64,000 nucleotides of DNA, from assembly GCA_965216755.1 (NCBI GenBank), contig CBDCGL010000011.1, positions 3,296,001 to 3,360,000 on the forward strand. Direction: 5' to 3'. A program made the position numbers and the translations under genes. This document shows positions 34,042-43,439 of this stretch, piece by piece. The notes under the pieces are model-generated. The model saw nothing but the letters and a program-made list of their open reading frames with translations, ran no database searches and was not told the origin of the DNA. The first letter of the stretch is position 1; every line of letters starts with the position of its first letter. The stretch is from Alphaproteobacteria bacterium. GTDB lineage: Bacteria; Pseudomonadota; Alphaproteobacteria; UBA7887.

Positions 34042-35237
34042 GCCGCCCACCCATCGACCGCGCCGGGCGACGCGGTGTGAACCACGGCATCGAAGGCCGG
34101 CCAGGCCACGGCCGGATCGAACCGATGGCCGCCCGCAATTTCGACCGCCTTGATCCGGTCCGGCGCGCCATAGGCGGCATAAGCGGATTGGGCGCCGGCA
34201 ATCACCCGGCGTGCGCCCGCAAACGGAAAAATGTGGTCGTCGGTGCCCGACATGCCAACGAACGGTCGCGGCGCGCACATCGCCACCACATCATCCAAGT
34301 CGAGCCAATTGAGAATACCCGGGATCGTGTTTTGACCGCCGCTGTCGCGCCGTGCGCCAAGGGTATCTGCAATCGGGCCCAAACAGCCGGACGCCATAAC
34401 CGCCGCGATGCGTGGATCCAAGGCCGCGGCATGTAAAGCTGTGGTCCCGCCTGATGAATGTCCAACGATCGCAATCCGGCTGAGATCCAGATATTTGAGC
34501 TCGGTCACGGTGTCACGCGCACCGCCGGCCTGCAGCCAATCGATCACCGCCGAAACATCGCTGGCGCGATCGCCGACCAATGTACGTCCGACCAATAGGG
34601 CTTGGTGAAACGCATCCACGCACGGATCGGCCGAGCGCGGTGTCAAGACTTGCTCGCGCCGTTCCCCGAAACAGATTTGTTCGAGACACAGCGCGACATG
34701 GCCGCGCGCGACGGCCTGTCGGGCAAGGTCCAAGCCGGCCGCGATCTTGACCGGGTCCGGCGGCATGCGCAGCGCTCCCCAGCTTAGATGGGCGCCGGCA
34801 TTGGTGCCCTGCAAACAAATCACGACCGGCGTCGGCCCGGCCAACGGCGATTGCCAAAGAACATCGATCGGGATATCGCCGTTCGGTTCGGCGCGCAGAT
34901 AGGCCCGCCAATGGCGCAGGCCACGGCTGTCGACGTCGTCGGCGAACCAGGTCGCCAGGGTTTCGCAACGGGCCGCTGGTCGCCAACCGCTTAGCGTCGC
35001 CAGCTTGTCCCGTGCCCGCCTTTGCCAAGCCGCGACATCGTCAGGGTGATGTGCCCAGGCCAGGGCTTTGGGCGCATCCACACACGCGCGACCGTAGGCT
35101 AAGCTCGGGCTCAGCCGCGCCCCGGCGGGTGGTTCCGGATAGGGGTCGTAGCCACCCTTGCGGCGGATCGCCAAGCGCCGCCTTATCGCCAGCGCGTACA
35201 TGGCCGCGCGCGGCCAGCGCGAAAGCGCAGATATCAC
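34038..35237 (-). CDS. Alpha/beta hydrolase (dienelactone hydrolase / esterase-like)
   Basis: GHSSGG nucleophile elbow, DDHIFP and C-terminal GGHRF triad pattern. Start uncertain. Confidence 0.75.
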   Translation of the reverse strand: MISALSRWPRAAMYALAIRRRLAIRRKGGYDPYPEPPAGARLSPSLAYGRACVDAPKALAWAHHPDDVAAWQRRARDKLATLSGWRPAARCETLATWFADDVDSRGLRHWRAYLRAEPNGDIPIDVLWQSPLAGPTPVVICLQGTNAGAHLSWGALRMPPDPVKIAAGLDLARQAVARGHVALCLEQICFGERREQVLTPRSADPCVDAFHQALLVGRTLVGDRASDVSAVIDWLQAGGARDTVTELKYLDLSRIAIVGHSSGGTTALHAAALDPRIAAVMASGCLGPIADTLGARRDSGGQNTIPGILNWLDLDDVVAMCAPRPFVGMSGTDDHIFPFAGARRVIAGAQSAYAAYGAPDRIKAVEIAGGHRFDPAVAWPAFDAVVHTASPGAVDGWAA

Positions 35238-35419
35238 GTCTGTATTCGCCGGCCCACCATGGTCGACGCCCCGCCATCAATTCGTCGTCCGCATGCGGAT
35301 GTCCACTAACATCGCACACGCATGCGCCATCTCGGTCTGCCTTACTCCTGGTCGCCGCCGCCGCATCGCGGGGCCGTCCGGGCCAGATAGAGTGACCGTT
35401 CGTGTGACTGTAGCACGAA

Positions 35420-36316
35420 TTACCAATGGGAAGGATCTACGACCCCTTCAGGCAGATCGCGGCCGATGGTCAAGGCCGTGGCGATCAGGTTCGAGTCGAG
35501 CCGCGTGCCGGTGTCCGTCGATGCCGGCAACTGGTCTTTGCTATCGACTCCAACCACAATCGATGCCACCCCCGGCACCGCCCGCACAACGCCTATGGCC
35601 AATTGCCATGGCGACAAACCGGCGTCGCTGGCCAAGGCGTGCAAGCGCGCGACCGGTTCTTTAAGAGCGGCCAACCGTGCGGTGATCGCGTCCGGTTGTG
35701 CCAACAGCAGGCCCTGCAGAAACACGCTGCGCGCCCACACGAAGACCCCGGCCGTGGCCGCCTCTGCAATCACGTCGGAGCGGATAAAGGCCTGATTGAA
35801 AACATTGATGGGAATCTGCAGCAGACGCAGATTTGGCACGGCCAGCGCAGCACGGGCCTGCGCAACGGTATAGACCGAGGCGCCGAACGCCCCAACTTGA
35901 CCTGTCTCGGCGGCGCGGCACAGCGTGTCGACGATGTCGTTGCGCGCCAAATTGTCGGGCCGATGGGCAAGATAGCCGTCGATTCGCGCCGCTCCAAGCC
36001 GGCGTCGAGATTGGTCCAATTGGCGGTGGAGTTCCGCAGCGTCGCCGCAGTCGCCGAATTTACTGATCAACAAAGGCGTGTGGGCGCGCGTCCGGCGCCA
36101 GGCACCGATCCGCATTTCGGCATCGCCATAGGCGTGGGCGGTGTCAAAACAAGTCATTCCCGCCGCCCATGCGGCATCCAAGACCGCCAGGGCAGCCGCC
36201 TCTGTCGGTTTGCCTTCGCGGTTGGCAATACCATAGGCCATGCCGAGCTGGGCCGTCCCCAAGGTCAGCGTTGGGATCGATCGTTTGCCGGGGCCGGGGA
36301 ATAGCTGATCTGCCAT
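35420..36316 (-). CDS. Aldo/keto reductase (type found in glycan loci)
   Basis: Motifs LTLGTAQLGMAYG, FDTAHAYGDAE, GASVY, ARSVFLQGLL. Confidence 0.88.
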   Translation of the reverse strand: MADQLFPGPGKRSIPTLTLGTAQLGMAYGIANREGKPTEAAALAVLDAAWAAGMTCFDTAHAYGDAEMRIGAWRRTRAHTPLLISKFGDCGDAAELHRQLDQSRRRLGAARIDGYLAHRPDNLARNDIVDTLCRAAETGQVGAFGASVYTVAQARAALAVPNLRLLQIPINVFNQAFIRSDVIAEAATAGVFVWARSVFLQGLLLAQPDAITARLAALKEPVARLHALASDAGLSPWQLAIGVVRAVPGVASIVVGVDSKDQLPASTDTGTRLDSNLIATALTIGRDLPEGVVDPSHW

Positions 36317-36394
36317 GATCGTGATTTATGCGAAAGGTGTATCCTGCACCCGCGCCGCCGCAGGCGCGCACATAGAATAGGGTCGCCATCGTCG

Positions 36395-37156
36395 ATGATG
36401 CGCGCGATTTTTGAACAACTGCTGTTGGTGCCGACGGTGCTGGTGTGGATTGCCGTGTTCGGTTTGCTGGTGTGGCGCTGGCGGCGTCTGAGCCTTGCGT
36501 GTCTAATCGCCGCCATTGGCGGCTTGTTTGTTTTGAGTTTGCCCATTGTCGCACGCGCGCTGCTGCTGCCGCTATTGGCGACGGTGACCTTGTATGACGG
36601 TGCCGATCTGGCCGGTGATATCATATTGGTTCCGACCGCCGGCATATTTCGCGATGTCGAAGGGACGCCTTGGCCGTCGGCCGAAAGCATTCGCCGTGCC
36701 AGCCAAGGCCGGCGGATCCAAGTCCAGACCGGTTTGCCGTTGGCAATTATCGGCGGTGATCCGCAGGGAATCGGTGTCGCAGAGGCATTCGTCGTCGCCG
36801 ACGCGCTCGGCGAAACGCCGGGGCCAGTCGTGATCGACGGTGCCGCCGACAACTCGATCGAAACGGCATTTGCACTGGCGCGCATCGTCCGCGAGATCGG
36901 CGGTCGCGAGGTCATACTTGCGACCACGCCGACCCATGTCGCGCGCATGGCGGCCAGTTTACGCCGGGTCGGCGTGGTCGTTTTGGCCGATTTGTCCGCC
37001 CATCCGGCGCGGCAGCCCGTGGCGATCACGGACTTCCTCCCCAGCGCCGGTGGCCTCGCGCAAAGTCGCCATGTGATCCGCGAATATGCTGCGATTCTGT
37101 GGTATTTGTTCGACGGCTCCATTCGCGTTGGCGATCTGCGGCCGGCAGCGGGCTAG
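36395..37156 (+). CDS. YdcF/DUF218 (ElyC-like) membrane-anchored protein
   Basis: Two N-terminal TM helices; ADNSIETA, ILATTPTHVAR, DFLPSAGGL..S...IREY pattern. Confidence 0.75.
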   Translation: MMRAIFEQLLLVPTVLVWIAVFGLLVWRWRRLSLACLIAAIGGLFVLSLPIVARALLLPLLATVTLYDGADLAGDIILVPTAGIFRDVEGTPWPSAESIRRASQGRRIQVQTGLPLAIIGGDPQGIGVAEAFVVADALGETPGPVVIDGAADNSIETAFALARIVREIGGREVILATTPTHVARMAASLRRVGVVVLADLSAHPARQPVAITDFLPSAGGLAQSRHVIREYAAILWYLFDGSIRVGDLRPAAG

Positions 37157-37171
37157 TAAGGACGTGACACG

Positions 37172-37672
37172 GTGAAGCGCTGGTTTGTGGTTCATACGCG
37201 CGCCCATGGCGAACAGCGCGCCTACGAAAACCTCTGCCGCCAAGGTTTCGACGCTTGGTTGCCGCGCTACCGCAAGAAGCGCCGCCACGCAGGTCGCCTG
37301 GAAACTGTTTTGCGACCTCTCTTCCCCAGATATCTGTTTGTGTCCGTGGATTTGGCGGCCGAACGTTGGCGCGCCATCCTATCGACCTTTGGGGTCGCCG
37401 GGTTGGTGGGCGCCGTAGATGGCCCAGAGCCGGTGCCCGACGGCGTTGTCAACGCCTTGCGTGCGCGCGCCGACGCCGATGGCTGTTTCACGTTGCATCG
37501 GGCGGCGACGATGAAACCGGGCCAGCCGGTGCGTATCGGCGCCGGCCCCTTTCAAGACATCGAAGGGATTTTTCAAGCCCCTAGCGACGCCGAGCGGGTG
37601 GTTATTCTGCTGCAACTGATGGGGCGCACGGTTTCGATCACCGTGCCGGCATCGGATATCGACGCGCTCTGA
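37172..37672 (+). CDS. rfaH: Specialised NusG paralog (RfaH-like antiterminator)
   Basis: NGN domain WFVVHT...RAYENLCRQG...PLFPRYLFV...STFGV, colinear with E. coli RfaH as I recall it; KOW motif PGQPVRIGAGPFQDIEGIF. Sits in a glycan locus, not in secE-nusG-rplK context. Confidence 0.85.
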   Translation: MKRWFVVHTRAHGEQRAYENLCRQGFDAWLPRYRKKRRHAGRLETVLRPLFPRYLFVSVDLAAERWRAILSTFGVAGLVGAVDGPEPVPDGVVNALRARADADGCFTLHRAATMKPGQPVRIGAGPFQDIEGIFQAPSDAERVVILLQLMGRTVSITVPASDIDAL

Positions 37673-37682
37673 TGTTTCGGTG

Positions 37683-37788
37683 TTTCGGCATTTCGGTGAC
37701 AGTTTACTAAATACACCATATTCAGCGTATTCTCGGCAGGCACTACAGCTTGTGGTGTATTTAGTAAACTGTCACCGAAATGCCGAAA
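37683..37788. repeat. 36-bp perfect inverted repeat with 34-nt spacer (REP-doublet/MITE-like)
   Basis: TTTCGGCATTTCGGTGACAGTTTACTAAATACACCA (37683-37718) and its exact reverse complement (37753-37788), between convergent rfaH-like and cysQ genes. Confidence 0.9.
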
Positions 37789-37790
37789 TA

Positions 37791-38564
37791 TCAGGCGCCG
37801 CGGGCGATGAAAAAGCCGTTGCGGAAATCCGTCTTGCCGTAAAGAAACGGTTCGTCGTCTGGCGTACGTACGCTGCCGCCTGCGGCCAACAATACCGCAT
37901 GACCGGCCGCGGTGTCCCATTCCATGGTTGGTCCGAAACGAGGATATAGATCGGCCTCGCCCAGGGCGACCACACAGAATTTGTAGGACGAGCCGGCCTG
38001 GTGCAGACCGGCGACACGAACGGATTTGAGCCAGGCTTCGGTTTCGGCGCTGAAATGGGAGCGACTGGCGACCACCGTCGCCCCATCCGCCGGGGCGGCC
38101 CGAACATGTATGGGTTCGATCGGGCCGTCGCCCTGCCGGCGAAATGCCTGACCGGGCGTATAGCCCCAGACCAAAACATCTTTGGCCGGCAGCTGCACGA
38201 CCCCCAGAACCGGCAGGCTGTTTTCGATCAACGCGATGTTCACCGTGAATTCGTCGCGGTTCTTGATGAACTCCTTGGTGCCGTCCAGCGGGTCGACCAG
38301 CCAAAACAAATCATTGTCCGGAATGCCGGCGGCCACCGACTCGGTACTTTCCTCAGACACGATCGGGATATCCGGGGTCAAGGCCCGCAGGCCGTCGACG
38401 ATGACCCGGTTAGCGGCCAGATCCGCCTCGGTCACCGGCGAGCGGTCATCCTTGGTCTCGACGGTGATGCCACGCGCGCGCACGGCCAGGATTTCGCGTC
38501 CGGCGCGGCGCGCGATATCGCAAATGGGCGGCGCCAACGCCGCCAGATCAATGGTATCTGTCAT
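37791..38564 (-). CDS. cysQ: 3'(2'),5'-bisphosphate nucleotidase (PAP phosphatase)
   Basis: Motifs [45 protein letters not shown]. Confidence 0.95.
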   Translation of the reverse strand: MTDTIDLAALAPPICDIARRAGREILAVRARGITVETKDDRSPVTEADLAANRVIVDGLRALTPDIPIVSEESTESVAAGIPDNDLFWLVDPLDGTKEFIKNRDEFTVNIALIENSLPVLGVVQLPAKDVLVWGYTPGQAFRRQGDGPIEPIHVRAAPADGATVVASRSHFSAETEAWLKSVRVAGLHQAGSSYKFCVVALGEADLYPRFGPTMEWDTAAGHAVLLAAGGSVRTPDDEPFLYGKTDFRNGFFIARGA

Positions 38565-40462
38565 ACCGTGTACTGAAACCGCTGGTCGATATACGTCAAG
38601 ATTTCACGGGCGCAGTCATCGACCGACCGCGCGGCCGTGTCGACGACCAAATCCGGCGTCTCGGGCAATTCATAAGGTGCACTGACGCCGGTGAACTCGC
38701 TGATTTCGCCCTTGCGCGCGCGCTTGTACAGGCCTTTGGGGTCACGCGCCTCACAGGTTGCCAAATCAGCCTTGATATAGACTTCATGAAAACCACCCTC
38801 CAAAGACAGCCGGTCGGTGGCTTCGCGGGCACGGTGGCGGTCGGCGCGATAGGGCGAAATAAACGCCGTCAGAACGATCATGCCGGCATCCGCGAACAAG
38901 GCGGCAGCTTCGCCAACCCGGCGAATATTCTCGGCGCGATCTTCCGGCGAAAAGCCGAGATTGGCGTTCAGGCCCATCCGGACATTATCGCCGTCCAGCA
39001 CATAGACATGGTAGCCGCGGGCGAACATCAAGCGCTCGACCGCGCGCGCCAGGGTCGATTTGCCGGCGCCGGACAGGCCGGTGAACCACACCACGCCGCC
39101 GCCATGGCCGTTCCGCTTGCTTCGCGCGTCCTCGTCGATCGTGCCGCGTTCTTCATAGACATTGGTCGACTTGACCGTGATCAACGAGCGCTGATCCGGA
39201 TAGCCTTCCATGCTGACAATGCCGCCGCCGGCGATCTCGTAACCGTCGACCAAGACAAAGCGTCCGGTGCGCGGATTGCGGGCATATTCATCCAAAGCGA
39301 GCATCGATCGCGCTCGCAGCACGACTTCGCCGACGGTGTTTTGCTCCATGCGGTCGGCGGCGACATGGTCGAGGGATTCGGAATCGATCGCATGTTCAAT
39401 CGACTGCACGGTGACCGCCGTTTCGATGGTGTTGAGCTTGAGCTTGTATTGGTTGCCCGGCGCCAGCGCCCGCTCGCCCAGCCAAAACACACGCGCTCGA
39501 AACACGTTTGACTCAACCGGCGGGCGGTCGATATGGCTGGCAATTTCGCCACGCTCGACAAACAGCTGCTCGTCCAGCGTCACGCCGACCGATTGGCCGG
39601 CGCGCACTTCGATCGGTGGGTCGGCGTGCCAGGCCTCAATCGAGCGGACCCGCGCGGTCTTGTTCGACGGCGAAAACAACAAAGTATCGCCGACGCGCAC
39701 AATGCCACTTTCGATACGGCCCGCGAAAATGCGCCGTTCGTCGAATTTGTAGACGTCTTGGACGGCAAATCGCAGCGGCAGATCGGTCGGTGGCGGCAGT
39801 GGCTCGAAGCCGTCCAACGCCTCGAGCAGGCCCGGGCCCTCGTACCACGGCGTGCGTTCGGAATTGACGACGATATTGTCGCCTTCCCGGGCCGACACCG
39901 GTAAAACATGTCGCGGTGTCACGCCCAGTTCGCTCAAATAAGCACAGAATTCCTTCTCGACTTGCGCGAAACGGCCGGCGTCATAATCGATCCGGTCGAT
40001 CTTGTTGATCACCAGGATCACCTGCGTGATGCCCAAAAGGTGCAGCAGGTAACCATGTCGGCGCGACTGCTCGCGCACGCCTTCTTCGGCGTCGATCAAC
40101 AACACCGCGGCGTCGGCGGCCGCGGCGCCGGTGACCATGTTGCGCAGGAATTCTTTGTGGCCGGGCGCGTCGATGATGACATAGTCGCGCAAGGCACTGC
40201 GAAACCAGATGTGGGCGGTATCTATGGTCACGCCCTGATCGCGTTCACCCTGCAAGGCATCGGTCAGAAACGCCCATTCGAAAGGCATGCCGCGGCGTCG
40301 ACACATCTCTTGTATGGCCTCGAACCGACCCTCGGGCAAACTGCCGGTGTCGTGAAATAACCGTCCAACCAAAGTCGATTTGCCGTGGTCGACATGGCCG
40401 ACAATGACGATCCGCAATGGATCGCCCAACGGCGCCACGGGGTGTGTTTTGCGCGCTGCCAT
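38561..40462 (-). CDS. cysNC: Bifunctional sulfate adenylyltransferase subunit 1 / adenylyl-sulfate kinase
   Basis: GTPase motifs [18 protein letters not shown]; APS kinase [26 protein letters not shown]. Confidence 0.95.
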   Translation of the reverse strand: MAARKTHPVAPLGDPLRIVIVGHVDHGKSTLVGRLFHDTGSLPEGRFEAIQEMCRRRGMPFEWAFLTDALQGERDQGVTIDTAHIWFRSALRDYVIIDAPGHKEFLRNMVTGAAAADAAVLLIDAEEGVREQSRRHGYLLHLLGITQVILVINKIDRIDYDAGRFAQVEKEFCAYLSELGVTPRHVLPVSAREGDNIVVNSERTPWYEGPGLLEALDGFEPLPPPTDLPLRFAVQDVYKFDERRIFAGRIESGIVRVGDTLLFSPSNKTARVRSIEAWHADPPIEVRAGQSVGVTLDEQLFVERGEIASHIDRPPVESNVFRARVFWLGERALAPGNQYKLKLNTIETAVTVQSIEHAIDSESLDHVAADRMEQNTVGEVVLRARSMLALDEYARNPRTGRFVLVDGYEIAGGGIVSMEGYPDQRSLITVKSTNVYEERGTIDEDARSKRNGHGGGVVWFTGLSGAGKSTLARAVERLMFARGYHVYVLDGDNVRMGLNANLGFSPEDRAENIRRVGEAAALFADAGMIVLTAFISPYRADRHRAREATDRLSLEGGFHEVYIKADLATCEARDPKGLYKRARKGEISEFTGVSAPYELPETPDLVVDTAARSVDDCAREILTYIDQRFQYTV

Positions 40463-40468
40463 GGCGTT

Positions 40469-41266
40469 CTACATATAGCCATCGGCGCGCAAGCGCTCGA
40501 AGGCATCCTCTGCTTCGTGGTCCATTGCGCGCCCCGACCGTTCCGGGACCCGCGTTGTCTCGAGTTCCGCGATGATCTCCTCGACCGTGCTGGCGTCGCT
40601 GTCGATCGGCGACGTGATGTCCTCGTCGCCCAGCGAGCGATAGCGCTTGCCGTCTTTCGAGAAATACAGATCGACGATCGGGATGTGTTCGCGGGCGATA
40701 TAGCGCCAGATATCGATTTCCGTCCAATGCAACAAGGGATGCACGCGGACATGCGTGCCCGGTGGGAAATCGACGTTGTATTGATCCCAGAATTCGGGCG
40801 GCTGCTTGCGCACATTCCAGGCGGCATCGATGCCGCGCGGACTGAACACGCGCTCTTTTGCGCGGGTGCCTTCCTCGTCGCGGCGAATGCCGGCGATAAG
40901 GCCCGTATAGCCTTGGCGTTCGATCATCGCCTTCAGGCCGCCGGTCTTGCGCGCCGCCGAACGGGCCGCGGGCGGTAGCGAGGGATCGATCTCTTCAATC
41001 GGCGGACAATCGCCGGTGACCAGATCCAATTCCCATTCGCGCGCGTAGCGTTCGCGAAAGGCATACATTTCCGCAAATTTCTTACCGGTGTCGACGTGGA
41101 CAACCGGGAACGGCACCCTGCCGAAAAACGCCTTTTTGGCGAGCCAGACCAGAACGTTGGAATCTTTTCCCAACGACCACAGCATCGCCAGATTGTCGAT
41201 GCGGTTAAAGGCCTCGCGAAAAATATAGACGCTTTGGCTTTCCAGCCGGTCTAAATGTGATGTCAC
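40469..41266 (-). CDS. cysD: Sulfate adenylyltransferase subunit 2
   Basis: Motifs LWSLGKDSNV, GIRRDEEGTRAKERVFS, RVHPLLHWTE, RYRSLG. Confidence 0.95.
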   Translation of the reverse strand: MTSHLDRLESQSVYIFREAFNRIDNLAMLWSLGKDSNVLVWLAKKAFFGRVPFPVVHVDTGKKFAEMYAFRERYAREWELDLVTGDCPPIEEIDPSLPPAARSAARKTGGLKAMIERQGYTGLIAGIRRDEEGTRAKERVFSPRGIDAAWNVRKQPPEFWDQYNVDFPPGTHVRVHPLLHWTEIDIWRYIAREHIPIVDLYFSKDGKRYRSLGDEDITSPIDSDASTVEEIIAELETTRVPERSGRAMDHEAEDAFERLRADGYM

Positions 41267-41525
41267 GCCTTGCCACCGCCCTTTTTGGGGCGGCGCCCTT
41301 GGTTCAATTTATCGGAGGCCCCCGGCTAAGCCGGACGGGCCTTATACGGCGATGTCACGCGCCGCGCAACCGCAATGGCGCGCAGACTAAGGGCGGCCGC
41401 TTAAGTCTTTCCTAATGGGTCGCCGGCGAGCACCGAATTTGATGACATCGGCGGGCGATGCCTGGCGCCGTGGTGACCGCGCTGGCGTCCTCAGCGTACG
41501 CAAAAAATGATCCGCGTTCAAAACG

Positions 41526-42545
41526 TTACAGAACGTAGTCCGAACTGGCCCGGACATCCCCGCGCTGCAAGCGCCGTCGCCACCAGTCGATGGTTCGCGC
41601 CAAGCCATCGCGCAAGCTGGTCTCAGGTTGCCATCCTGTATGAGATGAAAAACGCTGCCAATCGGCGAGCAGAGCGCGCACTTCCGATCCCGGCGGTCGC
41701 TGTCGTCGCGGGTCCTCTCGAATCGGCTTGGTGGTGCCGGTCAGTTCGCGCACCATTTCGACCATTGCGCCGATGGTCACCGCGACGCCGGTGCCGGCAT
41801 TGTAGGGCATGCCATGGTCCAATCCCGTGGTGGCGCCGGCAGCGAGAAAGGCGGCGGCGGTGTCGCCGACAAAGGTGAAGTCACGGGACGGGCTTAAATC
41901 ACCCAATGCGATGCTGTCGCAATCGGGATCCAAGGCCTGGCGGATCGTGCTGGCGATGACGGCGCGCTCGCTTTGACGCGGACCGTAAGTGTTGAACGGG
42001 CGCAGCACGACGGCCGGTACTTCAAAGCTCAGGGCGTAAGCCTGGGCCATCATATCGGCCGCGATCTTACTCGCCGCATAGGGCGATTGGCCGGTCAACG
42101 GATGGTCTTCATCAATCGGCGTGCGCCGCGCCGTGCCATAGACCTCGCTGGTCGAGGTCATCACGACCCGTTCGGGACGGTGATTCCGTGCCGCTTCCAG
42201 CAAGTTGACGGCGCCGCCGACATTGACGTCAAGGTAGCTCTGGGCCGCCCGATAGGAATACGGGATCGCGATCAACGCCGCCAAATGAAAGATGATCTCC
42301 TGATCGGCGCACAGACGTCGCACGAAGTGGGCGTCGCGCATATCGCCGCGCACCAGCGTTAATTGGGCGCGGATGCCAGAGTCGAGACTGTCCAGCCAGC
42401 CATGGCTATCGCCGGCATTGTAAAGCGCCAACGCCGTCACCCGCGCCCCTTGTCCGACCAATGCCTCGGCCACATGAGAGCCAATGAAGCCGTCGGCGCC
42501 GGTCACCAAAATGCGGCGACCTTGATAGCTGCTTGTCTGGGTCAT
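41526..42545 (-). CDS. legB: NDP-GlcNAc 4,6-dehydratase, LegB-like SDR
   Basis: Motifs TGADGFIGSH, HLAALIAIPYSY, TSTSEVYGTA, QSPYAASKIAAD, RPFNTYGPRQS. Confidence 0.8.
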   Translation of the reverse strand: MTQTSSYQGRRILVTGADGFIGSHVAEALVGQGARVTALALYNAGDSHGWLDSLDSGIRAQLTLVRGDMRDAHFVRRLCADQEIIFHLAALIAIPYSYRAAQSYLDVNVGGAVNLLEAARNHRPERVVMTSTSEVYGTARRTPIDEDHPLTGQSPYAASKIAADMMAQAYALSFEVPAVVLRPFNTYGPRQSERAVIASTIRQALDPDCDSIALGDLSPSRDFTFVGDTAAAFLAAGATTGLDHGMPYNAGTGVAVTIGAMVEMVRELTGTTKPIREDPRRQRPPGSEVRALLADWQRFSSHTGWQPETSLRDGLARTIDWWRRRLQRGDVRASSDYVL

Positions 42546-42707
42546 GTGCGCCTGACTTGCTGAACCAAAACTGCGCCCGGCACCTTAACCGAAAATCGAC
42601 ACCGGTCCAGACGTGCGGCTTAGGCTTTCCTTAAACCCGTGTTGGTAGGGTGGTCATCGCGATATCCACGCCCGGCGCAGAGGCGCCCAAGTCCAACGGT
42701 GACTGTC

Positions 42708-43421
42708 ATGACTGTCGAACCCATCCGCGTTTTTGTCGGCTACGACCCCCGCGAAGCGGTGACCTTCAGCGTCCTTGCGCACAGCATCCATCGTCATGCC
42801 AGCGTACCGGTTTCAATTACGCCGCTGATGCTGTCGCAGCTGGGCGGTGTGATGACCCGGCCGCGCGATCCCTTGCAGTCCACCGACTTCTCGTTTTCGC
42901 GCTTTCTGACGCCCTATCTGTGCGGCTTTCAGGGTTGGTCGTTGTTTACCGACTGCGACATGATCGTGTGCGACGATATCGCCAAGCTATGGGCGTTACG
43001 CGATGATCGTTATGCCGTGATGTGCGTTCAGCACGACCACAAGCCGACCGAGTCGGTGAAGTTCTTGGGCGCGGTCCAAACCAAATATGACAAAAAGAAC
43101 TGGTCCAGCGTGATGCTATTCAACAATGCCAAATGCGCCGCGTTGACGCCTGAGTATGTCAATTCGGCCAGTGGCTTGGAACTGCACCAGTTCAAGTGGC
43201 TCGACGACGACTCCTTGATCGGCGCGGTGCCGCAAGACTGGAACCACCTGGTCGACGTGAATCCCGCAAACGCCGATGCGAAGTTGGTCCACTACACGCT
43301 CGGCGGGCCGTATTTTAACGAATATATGAACTGCGAATTCGCTGCCGAATGGTTCGATGAATATAGCCAAACCGTGCGGTGCGACCAACGGGTTGCCGAA
43401 AAACCAGCCAAGACCGGCTGA
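42708..43421 (+). CDS. GT-A fold glycosyltransferase (GT8/CDI-like)
   Basis: Motifs VFVGYDPRE, STDFSFSRFL, DCD, KKNWSSVMLFN, WNHLV, HYTLGGP. Confidence 0.82.
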   Translation: MTVEPIRVFVGYDPREAVTFSVLAHSIHRHASVPVSITPLMLSQLGGVMTRPRDPLQSTDFSFSRFLTPYLCGFQGWSLFTDCDMIVCDDIAKLWALRDDRYAVMCVQHDHKPTESVKFLGAVQTKYDKKNWSSVMLFNNAKCAALTPEYVNSASGLELHQFKWLDDDSLIGAVPQDWNHLVDVNPANADAKLVHYTLGGPYFNEYMNCEFAAEWFDEYSQTVRCDQRVAEKPAKTG

Positions 43422-43439
43422 TTCGGCCACCGCGGCGCA

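Noticed and set aside
35240-35420. Tiny minus-strand ORF (MAHACAMLVDIRMRTTN) after an AGGAG
   Set aside because: The RBS spacing is too long, it is only 17 codons, and there is no other support.
37673-37792. Possible CRISPR array (36-bp unit with a 34-nt spacer)
   Set aside because: Only two copies, inverted rather than direct, and no cas genes in the window.
40971-40981. Second ops-like string GGCGGTAGCGA
   Set aside because: It lies inside cysD on the template strand, not in a leader, and is explained by coding sequence.
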